NCBI GenBank assembly: GCA_944391215.1
Contig: CALXSR010000010.1
Span: 28,547-92,546 of the forward strand
DNA length: 64,000 nt
Source of the DNA: an uncultured Clostridia bacterium
GTDB lineage: Bacteria > Bacillota > Dehalobacteriia > UBA4068 > CALXSR01
Reading direction: 5' to 3'
In this document: positions 47,676 through 57,754 of the stretch, in pieces
Layout of the letters: every line of letters starts with the position of its first letter
Position numbering within the stretch: position 1 is the first letter of the stretch
Position numbers and translations under genes: made by a program
Notes under the pieces: generated by a model
The model's database searches: none
Told to the model about the DNA's origin: nothing
The model's input: only the letters and a program-made list of their open reading frames with translations

Positions 47676-48743
47676 TTATCTTCCTTGTTCTTTTTGCGCT
47701 TTTAGCTGTCCGCATGCCGCTGCAATATCCTGTCCGCGGGAATAGCGGATACTAACAGCTAAACCACTTTTTTCGATTTTATCGGCAAATTTTTTAATCA
47801 TTTCGCTATCACTCGGGTAGAATCCTGTTTGCGGTAAATAATTCGCCGGTATTAAATTCACATGCGCCAATTTTCCTCTTAATAAAGAAATCAACTGTTG
47901 CGCATCTTCCATGCTATCGTTCACGCCCTGGAACATGGCATATTCATAAGTAATACGTCGCCCCGTTTTATTTGTATAGACGGAACAGGCCGCAAAAAGT
48001 TCTGCCAAAGGATATTTTCTGTTGACCGGCATTAATGCGCTTCTTTTCTCGTCCGTCGCCGCATGCAAAGAAATTGCCAATTCCGGCGGATTTTCTTCTT
48101 CAGCTAAAGCAAGGATTTGCGGTACCAAACCACAAGTTGATATGGTTAAATGGCGGCCGCTCAAATGCTGTCCTTCTGTATGTCGAAATAAAGCCAGGCT
48201 CTTTAATACATTTGTCATATTTAAAAGGGGCTCCCCCATCCCCATATAAACGATATTTGATAGAAACGGCCAACCGATTTCTTTACAATGCTGGTTTGCA
48301 GCATAAACTTGGCCCACCAATTCCCCCACTGTTAAATTACGACCAGCCCCTAACGTACCGGTACCGCAAAATTTACAGCCCAACGGACAGCCTGTTTGGC
48401 TGCTAATACAACAAGTTGTGCGATCGTGACCATCTTTTTGCCGAAACAGCATCAAAACACTTTCTATTGTTTGCCCATCAGCCAAGGAAAATAAAAACTT
48501 TACTGTTTCATCTTTTTGACTACGCTGACAATCTGTTATGGTCACAGTACGCAAAAAAGCATGTTCTGCCAAAACAATCCTTTGTTCTTTTGATAAATTG
48601 GTCATAGCGGAAAAATCGCTACAGCCTTTTTGGTGCACCCAGGAGAAAATCTGTTTTCCCCGGAAAGAAGGCCATCCTAATGATTTTACAAAAGTAAGGC
48701 ATTCTTCTAAATTCAAACTGCGCAAATCAACCTTTTCACTCAT
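47676..48743 (-). CDS. rlmN: 23S rRNA/tRNA (adenine-C2)-methyltransferase RlmN (radical SAM)
   Basis: CxxxCxxC radical-SAM motif (CPLGCKFC) and a conserved RlmN C-terminus. Start re-called to MSEKVDLRSL at 48743. Confidence 0.85.
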   Translation of the reverse strand: MSEKVDLRSLNLEECLTFVKSLGWPSFRGKQIFSWVHQKGCSDFSAMTNLSKEQRIVLAEHAFLRTVTITDCQRSQKDETVKFLFSLADGQTIESVLMLFRQKDGHDRTTCCISSQTGCPLGCKFCGTGTLGAGRNLTVGELVGQVYAANQHCKEIGWPFLSNIVYMGMGEPLLNMTNVLKSLALFRHTEGQHLSGRHLTISTCGLVPQILALAEEENPPELAISLHAATDEKRSALMPVNRKYPLAELFAACSVYTNKTGRRITYEYAMFQGVNDSMEDAQQLISLLRGKLAHVNLIPANYLPQTGFYPSDSEMIKKFADKIEKSGLAVSIRYSRGQDIAAACGQLKAQKEQGR

Positions 48744-50085
48744 TTTTGCGTAACCTCGCCATAAAAAATCCATCTAAATGTTCCTTTTTTTCCCGTTGCG
48801 GCCAAATTTGCCAAAATCCTTCTTCCGGCGCATTCGGTATCTGTTCATTTAAACTGCACAAATCAAATTCCGGAAACTGTTGTAAAAACCATTTTAAGTT
48901 TAGATGATTCTCCTCCAGAGTTATGGTACAAGTACTCATCAACAAAATACCACCCGGTTTTACATAACCAGCTGCCGCCTGTAAAATTTGCCTTCCTAAT
49001 TGCGCTAATTGACCAATAGCTTCCTCTTGCACATGCCAACGCAAATCAGCCCGCCTAGACAAAACGCCCAAACCGGAACATGGCAAATCAACCAAGCAAT
49101 AGTCTGCCCATCCTTGAAATTGTTTTGGTAAATGCCTAGCATCATTCTTTTGCGCCTTTATGACATCAATACCCAAACGGCGGGCATTTTCTTCTAATAA
49201 TTTTATCTTATGTTCGTAAACATCAAAAGCATAAATTTGTCCTTTATTATGCATTAGCTGGGCCATATGCGTACTTTTCCCTCCAGGGGCAGCGCACAAA
49301 TCCAATACCTGCGATCCTTCTTGAGGATTTAAGGCTAAAGCAGCTAATTGCGAACTGATATCCTGGATAGTAAAAAAACCTTCCTGATAGCCTGGTAACT
49401 CCTTAATTGCTGCAGATTTGGCTAGCAATAGACCATCCTTGCTCCAGCTGCTTTTTTGCGTTGGAATCCCTTTTTCTTGCCATAAAGTAACCAAATCTTC
49501 CCGACTAATACGTAAAGTATTGACCCGAACGGCCACCGGCGCTGGTTCATTATTGCTACAACAAAAGGCCAAGGCTTCTTCCGGATCCAGCTCTGCCAAC
49601 AAACGACGAACCAAAAAACGTGGATGACTTTCTTTTAAAACCAAATAATCTTCCGCCTGTTTGGGCCAAAGCGGTAACTCAATTTTTCCTTTTTTTCTTT
49701 CAACATTACGCAAAACCCCATTTACCAAACGTATGATACCCGGATGCCCATATTTTTTTGCCAGTTTCACACACTCGTTTATCGCAGCATGCGCCGGTAT
49801 CTTATCCAAACAAACAAGCTGGTAAATACCAAGCCGCAAAATCAATAAAATAGGTAAAGGCAACTCAGAAAGCGGCTTTTGCAAAAAGCCGCTTAAAATA
49901 TGATCCAAATAACTTTTGTTTTGCTCTACGCCATATACCAAACGTGTTACAAAAGCATTGTCTAATTTATTTAATTTCCTCGCCTTTAACTCTTTTTGCA
50001 ATGCTAAATTGGCATAGGCCTGCTCTTTTTCAACCTGCAATAAAACGGTTAAGGCAACAGCACGGGCACTTTTTTTTTCTGCCAT
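48736..50085 (-). CDS. rsmB: 16S rRNA (cytosine967-C5)-methyltransferase RsmB/Sun
   Basis: NusB-like N-terminal domain and Fmu/RsmB methyltransferase motifs (DLCAAPGGKST, catalytic PCSG). Confidence 0.9.
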   Translation of the reverse strand: MAEKKSARAVALTVLLQVEKEQAYANLALQKELKARKLNKLDNAFVTRLVYGVEQNKSYLDHILSGFLQKPLSELPLPILLILRLGIYQLVCLDKIPAHAAINECVKLAKKYGHPGIIRLVNGVLRNVERKKGKIELPLWPKQAEDYLVLKESHPRFLVRRLLAELDPEEALAFCCSNNEPAPVAVRVNTLRISREDLVTLWQEKGIPTQKSSWSKDGLLLAKSAAIKELPGYQEGFFTIQDISSQLAALALNPQEGSQVLDLCAAPGGKSTHMAQLMHNKGQIYAFDVYEHKIKLLEENARRLGIDVIKAQKNDARHLPKQFQGWADYCLVDLPCSGLGVLSRRADLRWHVQEEAIGQLAQLGRQILQAAAGYVKPGGILLMSTCTITLEENHLNLKWFLQQFPEFDLCSLNEQIPNAPEEGFWQIWPQREKKEHLDGFFMARLRKNE

Positions 50086-50097
50086 AACAGACTCCTT

Positions 50098-50790
50098 TTA
50101 ATCTCTATTCGCACCCCCGGCAATAACGGCCAAACGCAACATTTGCAAAATTGCCGTAATCAAGGCAGCAACATAAGTTAATGCAGCAGCGCTCAAAACC
50201 TTTTTGGCCCCCGTCATTTCCGCTCCGCTTAAATATCCACCGCCTTCTAAGGAATTTAATGCTCTGGAAGAAGCATTAAATTCTACCGGCAAAGTAACCA
50301 ATTGGAAAAAAACTACCGCCGCAAAAAGCCATACGCCAATTTGCGCCAACTGATAATTACTAAATAGCAAACCAATGAGAATCAAAACCCAGGATGCCAT
50401 AGATCCGAAATTAGCTACTGGGACAACCACTGAACGCACTTTCATCGGGAAATACTCCTCCTGATCCTGAAAAGCATGCCCAACTTCATGCGCAGCAATC
50501 CCCAAAGCAGCAATCGAACTACTATTATAAACCCCTTGCGATAAGCGCAAAACTTTTTTGCTAGGATCATAATGGTCAGTTAAATTTCCTGCTACAGATT
50601 CAATTCGCACATCGCTTAACCCATTTTGATCTAACATATTCCGCGCCACTTGCGCCGCCGTATAACCGCTTGCACTGGCAATACGAGAATACTTTCCATA
50701 AGCGCTACTGACCCTTGATTGCGCCCAGGCAGCTAAAATAATGCCGGGCAATAGCAAAAGTATTGTCCAATCATAAAAAAACATACCCAT
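50098..50790 (-). CDS. Putative membrane-associated zinc metallopeptidase (HExxH)
   Basis: HEVGHAF zinc-binding motif, N- and C-terminal TM segments. Conserved between fmt and rsmB in Clostridia-like genomes (recalled). Confidence 0.65.
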   Translation of the reverse strand: MGMFFYDWTILLLLPGIILAAWAQSRVSSAYGKYSRIASASGYTAAQVARNMLDQNGLSDVRIESVAGNLTDHYDPSKKVLRLSQGVYNSSSIAALGIAAHEVGHAFQDQEEYFPMKVRSVVVPVANFGSMASWVLILIGLLFSNYQLAQIGVWLFAAVVFFQLVTLPVEFNASSRALNSLEGGGYLSGAEMTGAKKVLSAAALTYVAALITAILQMLRLAVIAGGANRD

Positions 50791-50806
50791 TCCTCCTATT
50801 TTTTCT

Positions 50807-51754
50807 CTATGCTATCGATATATCATCAAATTGCATTCCAATTTGAATTCTTTTTCCCCTCGCAAATTCCGCAGCATGCATCTTTTTTTTCCCTGCCGGC
50901 TGCACTTCCTTTAACCATAAAGCCCCTTTCGGGGTACCAACCAAAATACCGTTTTGATTATCGATCTTTAATATCTGCCCCGGCATATATGATTTTTCTG
51001 TATCCGCCAATAAGGAACGATATAATTTTATGCGCTCACCCTGCCAAACAGTATAAGTGCCCGGCCAAGGAGACATCCCTCTAATTTGATTATGCAAAAA
51101 GACAGCGTCTTTTTGCCAACAAATTGCTTCATGCTCTTTTTTCAGCAAAGGTGCAAAAGTAACCAAAGATTGCTCTTGTTTTTGTTCTTTGACTTTCCCT
51201 TTTTCCAACAAAGTAAGGGCTTCCATTAAAGCTTGCGCGCCTAAAGTCGCCATGCAATCATGCACTTCCCCTACTGTTTCATTTTCCCCAATCATCATGC
51301 TTTTTTGCAATAAAATCGGCCCGCTATCCATGCCGGCATCCATTTGCATAATACTAACTCCAGTTTCCGTTTCCCCATTACGGATCGCCCAATGAATAGG
51401 AGCCGCCCCACGATAAGCGGGCAATAAGGAGCCATGCACATTAAGGCAACCAAACTTTGTCAACTGCAACAAATTTTGCTTTAAAATTTGCCCAAAAGCA
51501 ACAACAATGAAAACATCCGCATGCAAAGCTGCAATTTCTGCTACAGACTGCGGGTCGTTAACTTTCAGTGGTTGCAATAAGGGAATATGCTGTTTTATTG
51601 CCCATTCTTTAACAGGCGTATATCCCAAATTTTTTCCTCGACCTTTGGGTTTATCCGGCTGGGTTACAATGGCCAACAGTTCATGTTCACTATGATATAG
51701 AGCGTCTAAACAGGGTAAGGAGAAATCTGCACTACCCATGAAAACAACACGCAC
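50807..51754 (-). CDS. fmt: Methionyl-tRNA formyltransferase
   Basis: MRVVFMGSADFSLPCLDAL N-terminus and a formyltransferase SLLP motif. Shares nt 51754 with def. Confidence 0.9.
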   Translation of the reverse strand: MRVVFMGSADFSLPCLDALYHSEHELLAIVTQPDKPKGRGKNLGYTPVKEWAIKQHIPLLQPLKVNDPQSVAEIAALHADVFIVVAFGQILKQNLLQLTKFGCLNVHGSLLPAYRGAAPIHWAIRNGETETGVSIMQMDAGMDSGPILLQKSMMIGENETVGEVHDCMATLGAQALMEALTLLEKGKVKEQKQEQSLVTFAPLLKKEHEAICWQKDAVFLHNQIRGMSPWPGTYTVWQGERIKLYRSLLADTEKSYMPGQILKIDNQNGILVGTPKGALWLKEVQPAGKKKMHAAEFARGKRIQIGMQFDDISIA

Positions 51755-52209
51755 TATTCTTCCACCTCAACTTCTTCACTCATCACATCAATAAATAACA
51801 CACCGTCTAAATGATCACACTCATGTTGCACGCAACGGGCTACCAAATTTTTGGCCTCTAACGTATAAGGATTGCCAAAACGATCTTGCGCTTCTACTTT
51901 TACCCTGGCGGCACGGGTCACCTTTCCATGCCGGTTTGGCACGCTCAAGCAACCTTCAATATCAACGTCCCGTCCTTTTTTGCTTACAATAACAGGATTC
52001 ACCAATTCATATACTTCATCATCAATTTCCATTACAACAACTCTTTTTGACACACCAACCTGCGGGGCGGCAATTCCTACCCCATTTCCACAAGAACGCA
52101 GCGTTTCTAACATGCCGTCTAATAAATCATGTAAATTTTTATTAAAACGGCGTACTTCCGCCGCTTTTTCTCTTAAAATTGGGTCGCCCACTTTTATAAT
52201 TTGATACAT
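51754..52209 (-). CDS. def: Peptide deformylase
   Basis: GIAAPQVG, EGCLS and HECDHLDG are the three canonical PDF motifs. Confidence 0.95.
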   Translation of the reverse strand: MYQIIKVGDPILREKAAEVRRFNKNLHDLLDGMLETLRSCGNGVGIAAPQVGVSKRVVVMEIDDEVYELVNPVIVSKKGRDVDIEGCLSVPNRHGKVTRAARVKVEAQDRFGNPYTLEAKNLVARCVQHECDHLDGVLFIDVMSEEVEVEE

Positions 52210-52240
52210 ACTCGCTCCTCCATCCTATTGCAATAAAATG

Positions 52241-54460
52241 CTACATCATACTGATTGGTTCAATATCAATTAAAATACGAATATTTTTTTTTATTTTACC
52301 ATCTTTTTGGTATTCTGCCAAAGCATTCCGTAGATGCAATCGCAAAAGAAACAAGTCAGTTCCTTTTAACATCAACTGCATTCGATAACGATCCTTTATT
52401 TTCGCTAAAGGCGCCTCCTGCGGACCCAAAAGCTGTTCTTCAGCAGCCAGATGACGATGCAAATAACCATGCAGCACTTGCGCAGCAAAAGCTGTTTTTT
52501 CTAATTCTAAACCGCTTACTATCATACGAATTAAAAAAGAAAACGGAGGGTTTTGCATCATTTGTCGTTCGGCAATTTCCCTATGATAAAAGGTTGCATA
52601 ATCCTGCGCAGCAGCAGCTTGGATAATTTCATGTTCCGGCTGATAACTCTGGATGATTACCTGCCCCGGCAAATCACGACGCCCCGCCCGTCCGGCAACC
52701 TGGGTCAACAACTGAAAACTTTTTTCTTCCGCAAATAAATCAGGTAAAAACAAACTGGCATCAGCCGCTAAAACACCAACTAAAGTTACATTTGGGAAAT
52801 CCAGTCCTTTTACCACCATTTGCGTTCCAATTAAAATATCCGCTTCTCCCTGATACATTTGCTTATATATTTGCTCATAACTTCCTTTTTGCAAGGTGGC
52901 ATCACGATCTAAGCGTAAAATATGGGCCTGTGGCCAAAGCTTTGCCGCTTCCTCCGCCACTTTTTGCGTACCACTACCAAATTGGCGAATCGCTTTGGAG
53001 CCACAATTAGGACAAATTTCAGGGATAGGTTGCGTAAAACCACAATAATGACATTTTAAAACTTGTTCTTCTTGATGATACGCCATGGCCACCGCACAAT
53101 GACGGCATAAAATGGCTTCTCCGCAAGACCGACAAGAAACAAAAGTATGATACCCCCTACGGTTTAAAAATAAAATAACTTGTTTGCCTTCAGTTAAAGT
53201 ATCCGTTATTTGCTTTTTTAAAACGCCACTAAACATGCTGCGATTACCCTTTTGCAATTCCAAACGCATATCAACTGTTTGTACCCGCGGCAAAGGCAAA
53301 TCTAGCACTCTATTTTTTAGCTGCAAAAGCAAGTATTCACCTTGTTGCGCCTGATAATATAAAGTAACCGGTGGGGTTGCCGAACCCAGTAAAAGCTGCG
53401 CACCGCAAAGCCGGCAGCGTTCTTTGGCAGCCGTTAAGGCATGAAAACAAGGTTGACTTTCTTGCTTATAGCTACCATCATGAATTTCATCCATAATGAT
53501 AGCGCCTAAATTAGGAGTCGGGGCAAAAACCGCTGATCGTGCGCCAATTACCAAAGGATAAATTCCTTTGGCAATCCCTAACCAAGTCTCTTTCCGTTCC
53601 TTGGCGCTTAAACCGCTATGTAATACCGCTACCGGCATTTGCAAACGGCTGCGAAAATAGGAAACCATTTGCGGCGTTAAAGAAATCTCCGGTACCAAAA
53701 GGATGGCTTGTTTCCCCTGCCGTAACAACGGTTCTAAAAAACGCAAATATAATTCTGTTTTACCGCTACCGGTAACCCCATGCAATAAAACGGGCTTGCG
53801 CTCCGCTGCGGCATTTTTTTGCAAACGATCAAGGACCTCTTTTTGTTCTATCGTTAAACATTCGGGTTTTATAAATTCGATATCTGCTTTCAGACTCTGC
53901 TGATACCATCTCATTTCTGTTCTTTTTTCGATATATTCTTTTTGTACCATATTACGTAAAATGGACAAATTGCTATTCGTATTCGCTAAAATGACATCTT
54001 TTTCTGCATCTGGGTTTTGCTGCAAATAGGCATATATTTCTTTTTGTTTGGTAGAACGTAATTTTACCGGTTCCTGTATTTTTATACTAAAATGTTCAAC
54101 CAAAGAGCTTTTTGGCAAATGACCGGTTAAAGAAAGGCCTGCCGGTAACATTGCCTGCAAAAAGGCAGCCCTAGTCGATAGAAAATAATCCGCTAAATAC
54201 TGGGACAACTGTAATAAATCTTCACCAAATAAAGGGTTGGGACTAATAATTGCTTCAATTTCCTTTAAAGTATCATCTTCACGATCGGATTGATCTAATA
54301 ATTCTACAACCACGCCTTCTAAATGTTCATGGCCAAAAGGAACCTTAACAACCAAGCCAGGCACAATTTTATTTTGTAAGGCGACAGGAATTTTATAGGT
54401 AAAAGCACGGTTAACTGCTTGTACCGCTCGATTAATAATTACTGCCGCATAAAACCTCAA
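52241..54460 (-). CDS. priA: Primosomal protein N' (PriA helicase)
   Basis: Helicase motifs GVTGSGKTELY and DEIHD, and a Cys-rich zinc-binding insertion (CRSCGEAILCRHC...CHYCGF...CPNCGS). Confidence 0.9.
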   Translation of the reverse strand: MRFYAAVIINRAVQAVNRAFTYKIPVALQNKIVPGLVVKVPFGHEHLEGVVVELLDQSDREDDTLKEIEAIISPNPLFGEDLLQLSQYLADYFLSTRAAFLQAMLPAGLSLTGHLPKSSLVEHFSIKIQEPVKLRSTKQKEIYAYLQQNPDAEKDVILANTNSNLSILRNMVQKEYIEKRTEMRWYQQSLKADIEFIKPECLTIEQKEVLDRLQKNAAAERKPVLLHGVTGSGKTELYLRFLEPLLRQGKQAILLVPEISLTPQMVSYFRSRLQMPVAVLHSGLSAKERKETWLGIAKGIYPLVIGARSAVFAPTPNLGAIIMDEIHDGSYKQESQPCFHALTAAKERCRLCGAQLLLGSATPPVTLYYQAQQGEYLLLQLKNRVLDLPLPRVQTVDMRLELQKGNRSMFSGVLKKQITDTLTEGKQVILFLNRRGYHTFVSCRSCGEAILCRHCAVAMAYHQEEQVLKCHYCGFTQPIPEICPNCGSKAIRQFGSGTQKVAEEAAKLWPQAHILRLDRDATLQKGSYEQIYKQMYQGEADILIGTQMVVKGLDFPNVTLVGVLAADASLFLPDLFAEEKSFQLLTQVAGRAGRRDLPGQVIIQSYQPEHEIIQAAAAQDYATFYHREIAERQMMQNPPFSFLIRMIVSGLELEKTAFAAQVLHGYLHRHLAAEEQLLGPQEAPLAKIKDRYRMQLMLKGTDLFLLRLHLRNALAEYQKDGKIKKNIRILIDIEPISMM

Positions 54461-54566
54461 AATTATCCTGCCTCTCTTTCCATAAAACCTATTCTTATTA
54501 TAGCAGATTTTGTCAACTTACAATAGATAAGAGGGAACCCAGCAGGAAGATTCACCAAACTCTCAT

Positions 54567-54926
54567 TTAGTTTTTTGGTTTAAAAACCAAAGCCCCTAAA
54601 AAGGAAAAAATAATCGCCGCTGAAATGCCAGCGCTAGTAATATCAAAAATACCGGTTAAAATACCTACCAAACCATGAAATTCATATTCTGCTAAAGCAC
54701 CCTTTAATAAGGAATTGCCAAAACTGCAAATCGGTACGCTAGCACCAGCACCAGCAAAAGCAATCAACTTATCGTACCAACCCAAACCGCCTAGAATAGC
54801 ACCAACAACCACTAAAGTACACATGGCATGGCCTGGCGTTAAATTTAACACATCCATCAACAGTTGCCCAACTACACAAATAGCGCCACCAACCAAAAAA
54901 GCCCACAAAAACTGTTGCCATTCCAT
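54567..54926 (-). CDS. spoVAEb: Stage V sporulation protein AE, C-terminal-type (SpoVAEb)
   Basis: Start re-called to MEWQQF (119 aa). Small polytopic membrane protein, last gene of a C-D-Eb gene order. Its start overlaps the spoVAD stop. Confidence 0.65.
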   Translation of the reverse strand: MEWQQFLWAFLVGGAICVVGQLLMDVLNLTPGHAMCTLVVVGAILGGLGWYDKLIAFAGAGASVPICSFGNSLLKGALAEYEFHGLVGILTGIFDITSAGISAAIIFSFLGALVFKPKN

Positions 54927-55939
54927 TATGCATTTCCTCCTTTTTGCAAACAAACCGCATGAGAAATCCCTGCAATACTTTCCTTTTGTTGATAAGTTAA
55001 AGGAGAAAACAAAGCACCGCTGGCGGCAACTAATACTTTTTGCCAAATTCCGCTACGAATATTATTATAGATATAGCCAAAGGTAACGGAAGCCACACAA
55101 CCTGCCCCGGAACCGCCGCAGAATGCATCTTGATCAGCATGATAGATTTTTAAGCCACAATCCATAAATTTACTCGGTTCTATCGTATAATTTCCTTTTT
55201 CTTTTAGCATATCCAAGGCAATTCTTTGGCCAATTTGTCCCAAATCTCCCGTTACGATCATATCGTAATCCTCAGGTTTACTTTTTGTTTCTCGCAAATG
55301 GGCACAAATCGTATCTACTACGGCCGGAGCCATGGCCGAACCCAAATCGGTTGGATCTGTAATTCCCATATCCACCACTCTACCAATGGTTACACTGGGA
55401 ATAAAAACATCGGTATCACCACCATAACCAACCATAGCCGCGCCCGCTGCCGTAACCGTTCTTTGACAAGTAGGCGCCTTTTGAATACCGTACTCATTGG
55501 GATAACGAAATTCTTTCTCTGCACTGTTCATATGGCTAGAAGCCGCTACCAAAACCCGGCTAGCAGCCCTGCTATTTACCATCAGCGCTGCTAAACTTAA
55601 AGCCTCCATCGTAGTAGCGCAAGCGGCAAAAAGACCAAAAAACGGAATATCCAAAGTGCGTGCGGTATAGTTAGAAGCTACAATTTGATTTTGCAAATCG
55701 CCAGCAATAAAAAAGTCTGGTTTTTTACCAGCTTTTTTTATAGCTAAATAAGCCGCATCTTCTTGTAATTTCTGTTCTGCTTTCTCGAAACTTTCTTTCC
55801 CTACCCATTGATTATCATAAAGCAAATCAAAACTATTTTTTAAAGCGCCTTTTGCCTCTTCCGGTCCGCCAATAGCAGCCCCGGATAAGAGCATAGGCGG
55901 TTGATCAAAAACCCATGTTTGCTTTCCTTTTAATTGCAT
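54926..55939 (-). CDS. spoVAD: Stage V sporulation protein AD (thiolase-like fold)
   Basis: About 337 aa from [11 protein letters not shown] with an AGGAG RBS. Cys-containing condensing-enzyme-like fold typical of SpoVAD. Position between spoVAC and spoVAEb. Confidence 0.8.
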   Translation of the reverse strand: MQLKGKQTWVFDQPPMLLSGAAIGGPEEAKGALKNSFDLLYDNQWVGKESFEKAEQKLQEDAAYLAIKKAGKKPDFFIAGDLQNQIVASNYTARTLDIPFFGLFAACATTMEALSLAALMVNSRAASRVLVAASSHMNSAEKEFRYPNEYGIQKAPTCQRTVTAAGAAMVGYGGDTDVFIPSVTIGRVVDMGITDPTDLGSAMAPAVVDTICAHLRETKSKPEDYDMIVTGDLGQIGQRIALDMLKEKGNYTIEPSKFMDCGLKIYHADQDAFCGGSGAGCVASVTFGYIYNNIRSGIWQKVLVAASGALFSPLTYQQKESIAGISHAVCLQKGGNA

Positions 55940-55952
55940 ATGATTCGCTCCT

Positions 55953-56435
55953 TTAAAAATCGATCCCCACGTAAATTTTAAGCAAAACCTTGATAATAGC
56001 AATAATAAAAGCCGAAACCACGCCAAAGCAAATTACCGATCCGGCTAATTTAAACATATTGCTGCCAACACCCAAAACCAGCCCTTCTGTTCTATACTCT
56101 AAAGCAGAAGAAGCCATAGAATTGGCAAAACCAGTAATGGGTACCGCCGTGCCGCCCCCGGCCCATTGCGCCAATTTATCATACACGCCAATTCCTGTTA
56201 AAATGACTGATACAAAAATTAACACAGCCACTGTAGGATTGCCCGCTGTATCTTTGGTAAAATCAAAATAGGTAATAAAAAAAACTTGTAAAAACTGGCC
56301 AATTAAACAAATCAAACCACCGGCTACAAAAGCATGCCAACAATGTTTCCAAATCGGTTTTTTTTCTCCATGCTTTTTGGCATAAGCCGCATATTCCTTT
56401 TTTTCTTTTTCACTGGCGATACTCAAAAAGCTCAT
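55953..56435 (-). CDS. spoVAC: Stage V sporulation protein AC
   Basis: 160 aa, four TM helices. First gene of the spoVA C-D-Eb cluster. AAAAGGAG RBS. Confidence 0.75.
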   Translation of the reverse strand: MSFLSIASEKEKKEYAAYAKKHGEKKPIWKHCWHAFVAGGLICLIGQFLQVFFITYFDFTKDTAGNPTVAVLIFVSVILTGIGVYDKLAQWAGGGTAVPITGFANSMASSALEYRTEGLVLGVGSNMFKLAGSVICFGVVSAFIIAIIKVLLKIYVGIDF

Positions 56436-56521
56436 CTCCTTTTCTTTTTCCTATTATGGCCATTTTAGGAAAAAGTATAAGCAACAATTTTTTAGGCAAA
56501 ATAGAAAACGGAGGTGGAAAA

Positions 56522-57226
56522 ATGCCAATTACATTAACAAGAACCATTTTTCTCTTTTTTATTATCATGCTTTTTTTACGGTTAATGGGTAAAAGACAAT
56601 TAGGACAATTACAACCTTACGAATTTGTGTCCCTACTCATCATCTCAGAATTGGTTTCCGTATCAATGCAAGATATTGGTTTACCAATTATGAATAGTTT
56701 ATTACCTCTTTGTATTATTGCCATTTTGCAAATTTTACTTTCTTTATTGAATATGAAAAGCCAAAGGAGCCGGCGTTTTTTTTGCGGAGTCCCTACCGTT
56801 ATCATTAAGGACGGCCGGATTCAAGAAAGAAAATTACGGAGCCTCCGCATGAATTTAAATGACCTATTAGAAGAGTTGCGCACCAATGGTTATTTTGATA
56901 TTACCGATATCGATTGCGCAATGATGGAAACCAACGGTAGTATCAGTATTTTACCCAAAGCAGAAAAAAGGCCGCTAACACCGCAAGATATGGGAATAAA
57001 ACCTGGCTTAGAAGGGCCTTGCTATATTTTAGTTTTAGACGGCCAAATCAACCATCGCAATATGGATTTAGCAGGTGTTACACAAGAGGAATTGCGCAAC
57101 CAGGTACAAAGAGAAGGGGTTTCCTCTTTAAAAGATATTTTTCTAGCCAGCTGTAATCAAAAAGGTGAGATTTTTTACCAATTAAAAGAAAGCGCATTAA
57201 CCAATCAAGGAGGGCAAAAATCTTGA
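56522..57226 (+). CDS. DUF421 (YetF-like) membrane protein
   Basis: Start re-called to ATG 56522 (MPITLTRT) with a GGAGGTGG RBS. N-terminal TM helices plus a C-terminal YetF-type domain. Family call from memory. Confidence 0.6.
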   Translation: MPITLTRTIFLFFIIMLFLRLMGKRQLGQLQPYEFVSLLIISELVSVSMQDIGLPIMNSLLPLCIIAILQILLSLLNMKSQRSRRFFCGVPTVIIKDGRIQERKLRSLRMNLNDLLEELRTNGYFDITDIDCAMMETNGSISILPKAEKRPLTPQDMGIKPGLEGPCYILVLDGQINHRNMDLAGVTQEELRNQVQREGVSSLKDIFLASCNQKGEIFYQLKESALTNQGGQKS

Positions 57227-57615
57227 AAAAAATCATCTTTGTTTGTTGCCTGTTTTTATTATTAATCGCTTCCTGTTTTCTTGTTCAATATTATATGGAT
57301 CAAGATGCTAAAATCCTCTTAGGTGATTTAGAGGAAATCAATACTTTGCTACAAAAAGAAAATTGGACCCAAATACAGGAACAGTTTACCGTCTTTGGCC
57401 AAAAATGGGAAAAAGAAGCTTTTTGGTGGTCTATGATTATTAGTCACGATGAAATTGATAAAGTGAACTTACTCATTTCTGAAATGAATGCCTTATTGCA
57501 AAGCGATTCCTTACCGGAAGCAAAACTTGATATGGCGCAGAACTTAAATGAATTGATTTTTTGGGTGGACCATATTGCCGGTAAAGGCAATTTAACTTCC
57601 CCCAATTTCTTATAA
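57223..57615 (+). CDS. DUF4363-like small protein with N-terminal TM; typical partner of DUF421 genes
   Basis: 130 aa. 4-nt overlap with the DUF421 gene end. Terminator immediately downstream. Confidence 0.5.
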   Translation: MKKIIFVCCLFLLLIASCFLVQYYMDQDAKILLGDLEEINTLLQKENWTQIQEQFTVFGQKWEKEAFWWSMIISHDEIDKVNLLISEMNALLQSDSLPEAKLDMAQNLNELIFWVDHIAGKGNLTSPNFL

Positions 57616-57621
57616 AATATA

Positions 57622-57660
57622 ATGAGAGGCCTGCATACTCACAGGCCTCTCATTTTTTTC
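57622..57660 (+). terminator. Terminator after the DUF421-DUF4363 pair
   Basis: atgagaggcctg catactca caggcctctcat followed by TTTTTTTC. Confidence 0.85.
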
Positions 57661-57754
57661 ATTTTATTTTTTTAAATTAAAATGGTCTCATGTACTGTTT
57701 TGAGCCAACTTTTTTGTATTTTTATGTTATCAAACAAAACAGATTGTTATAAAT

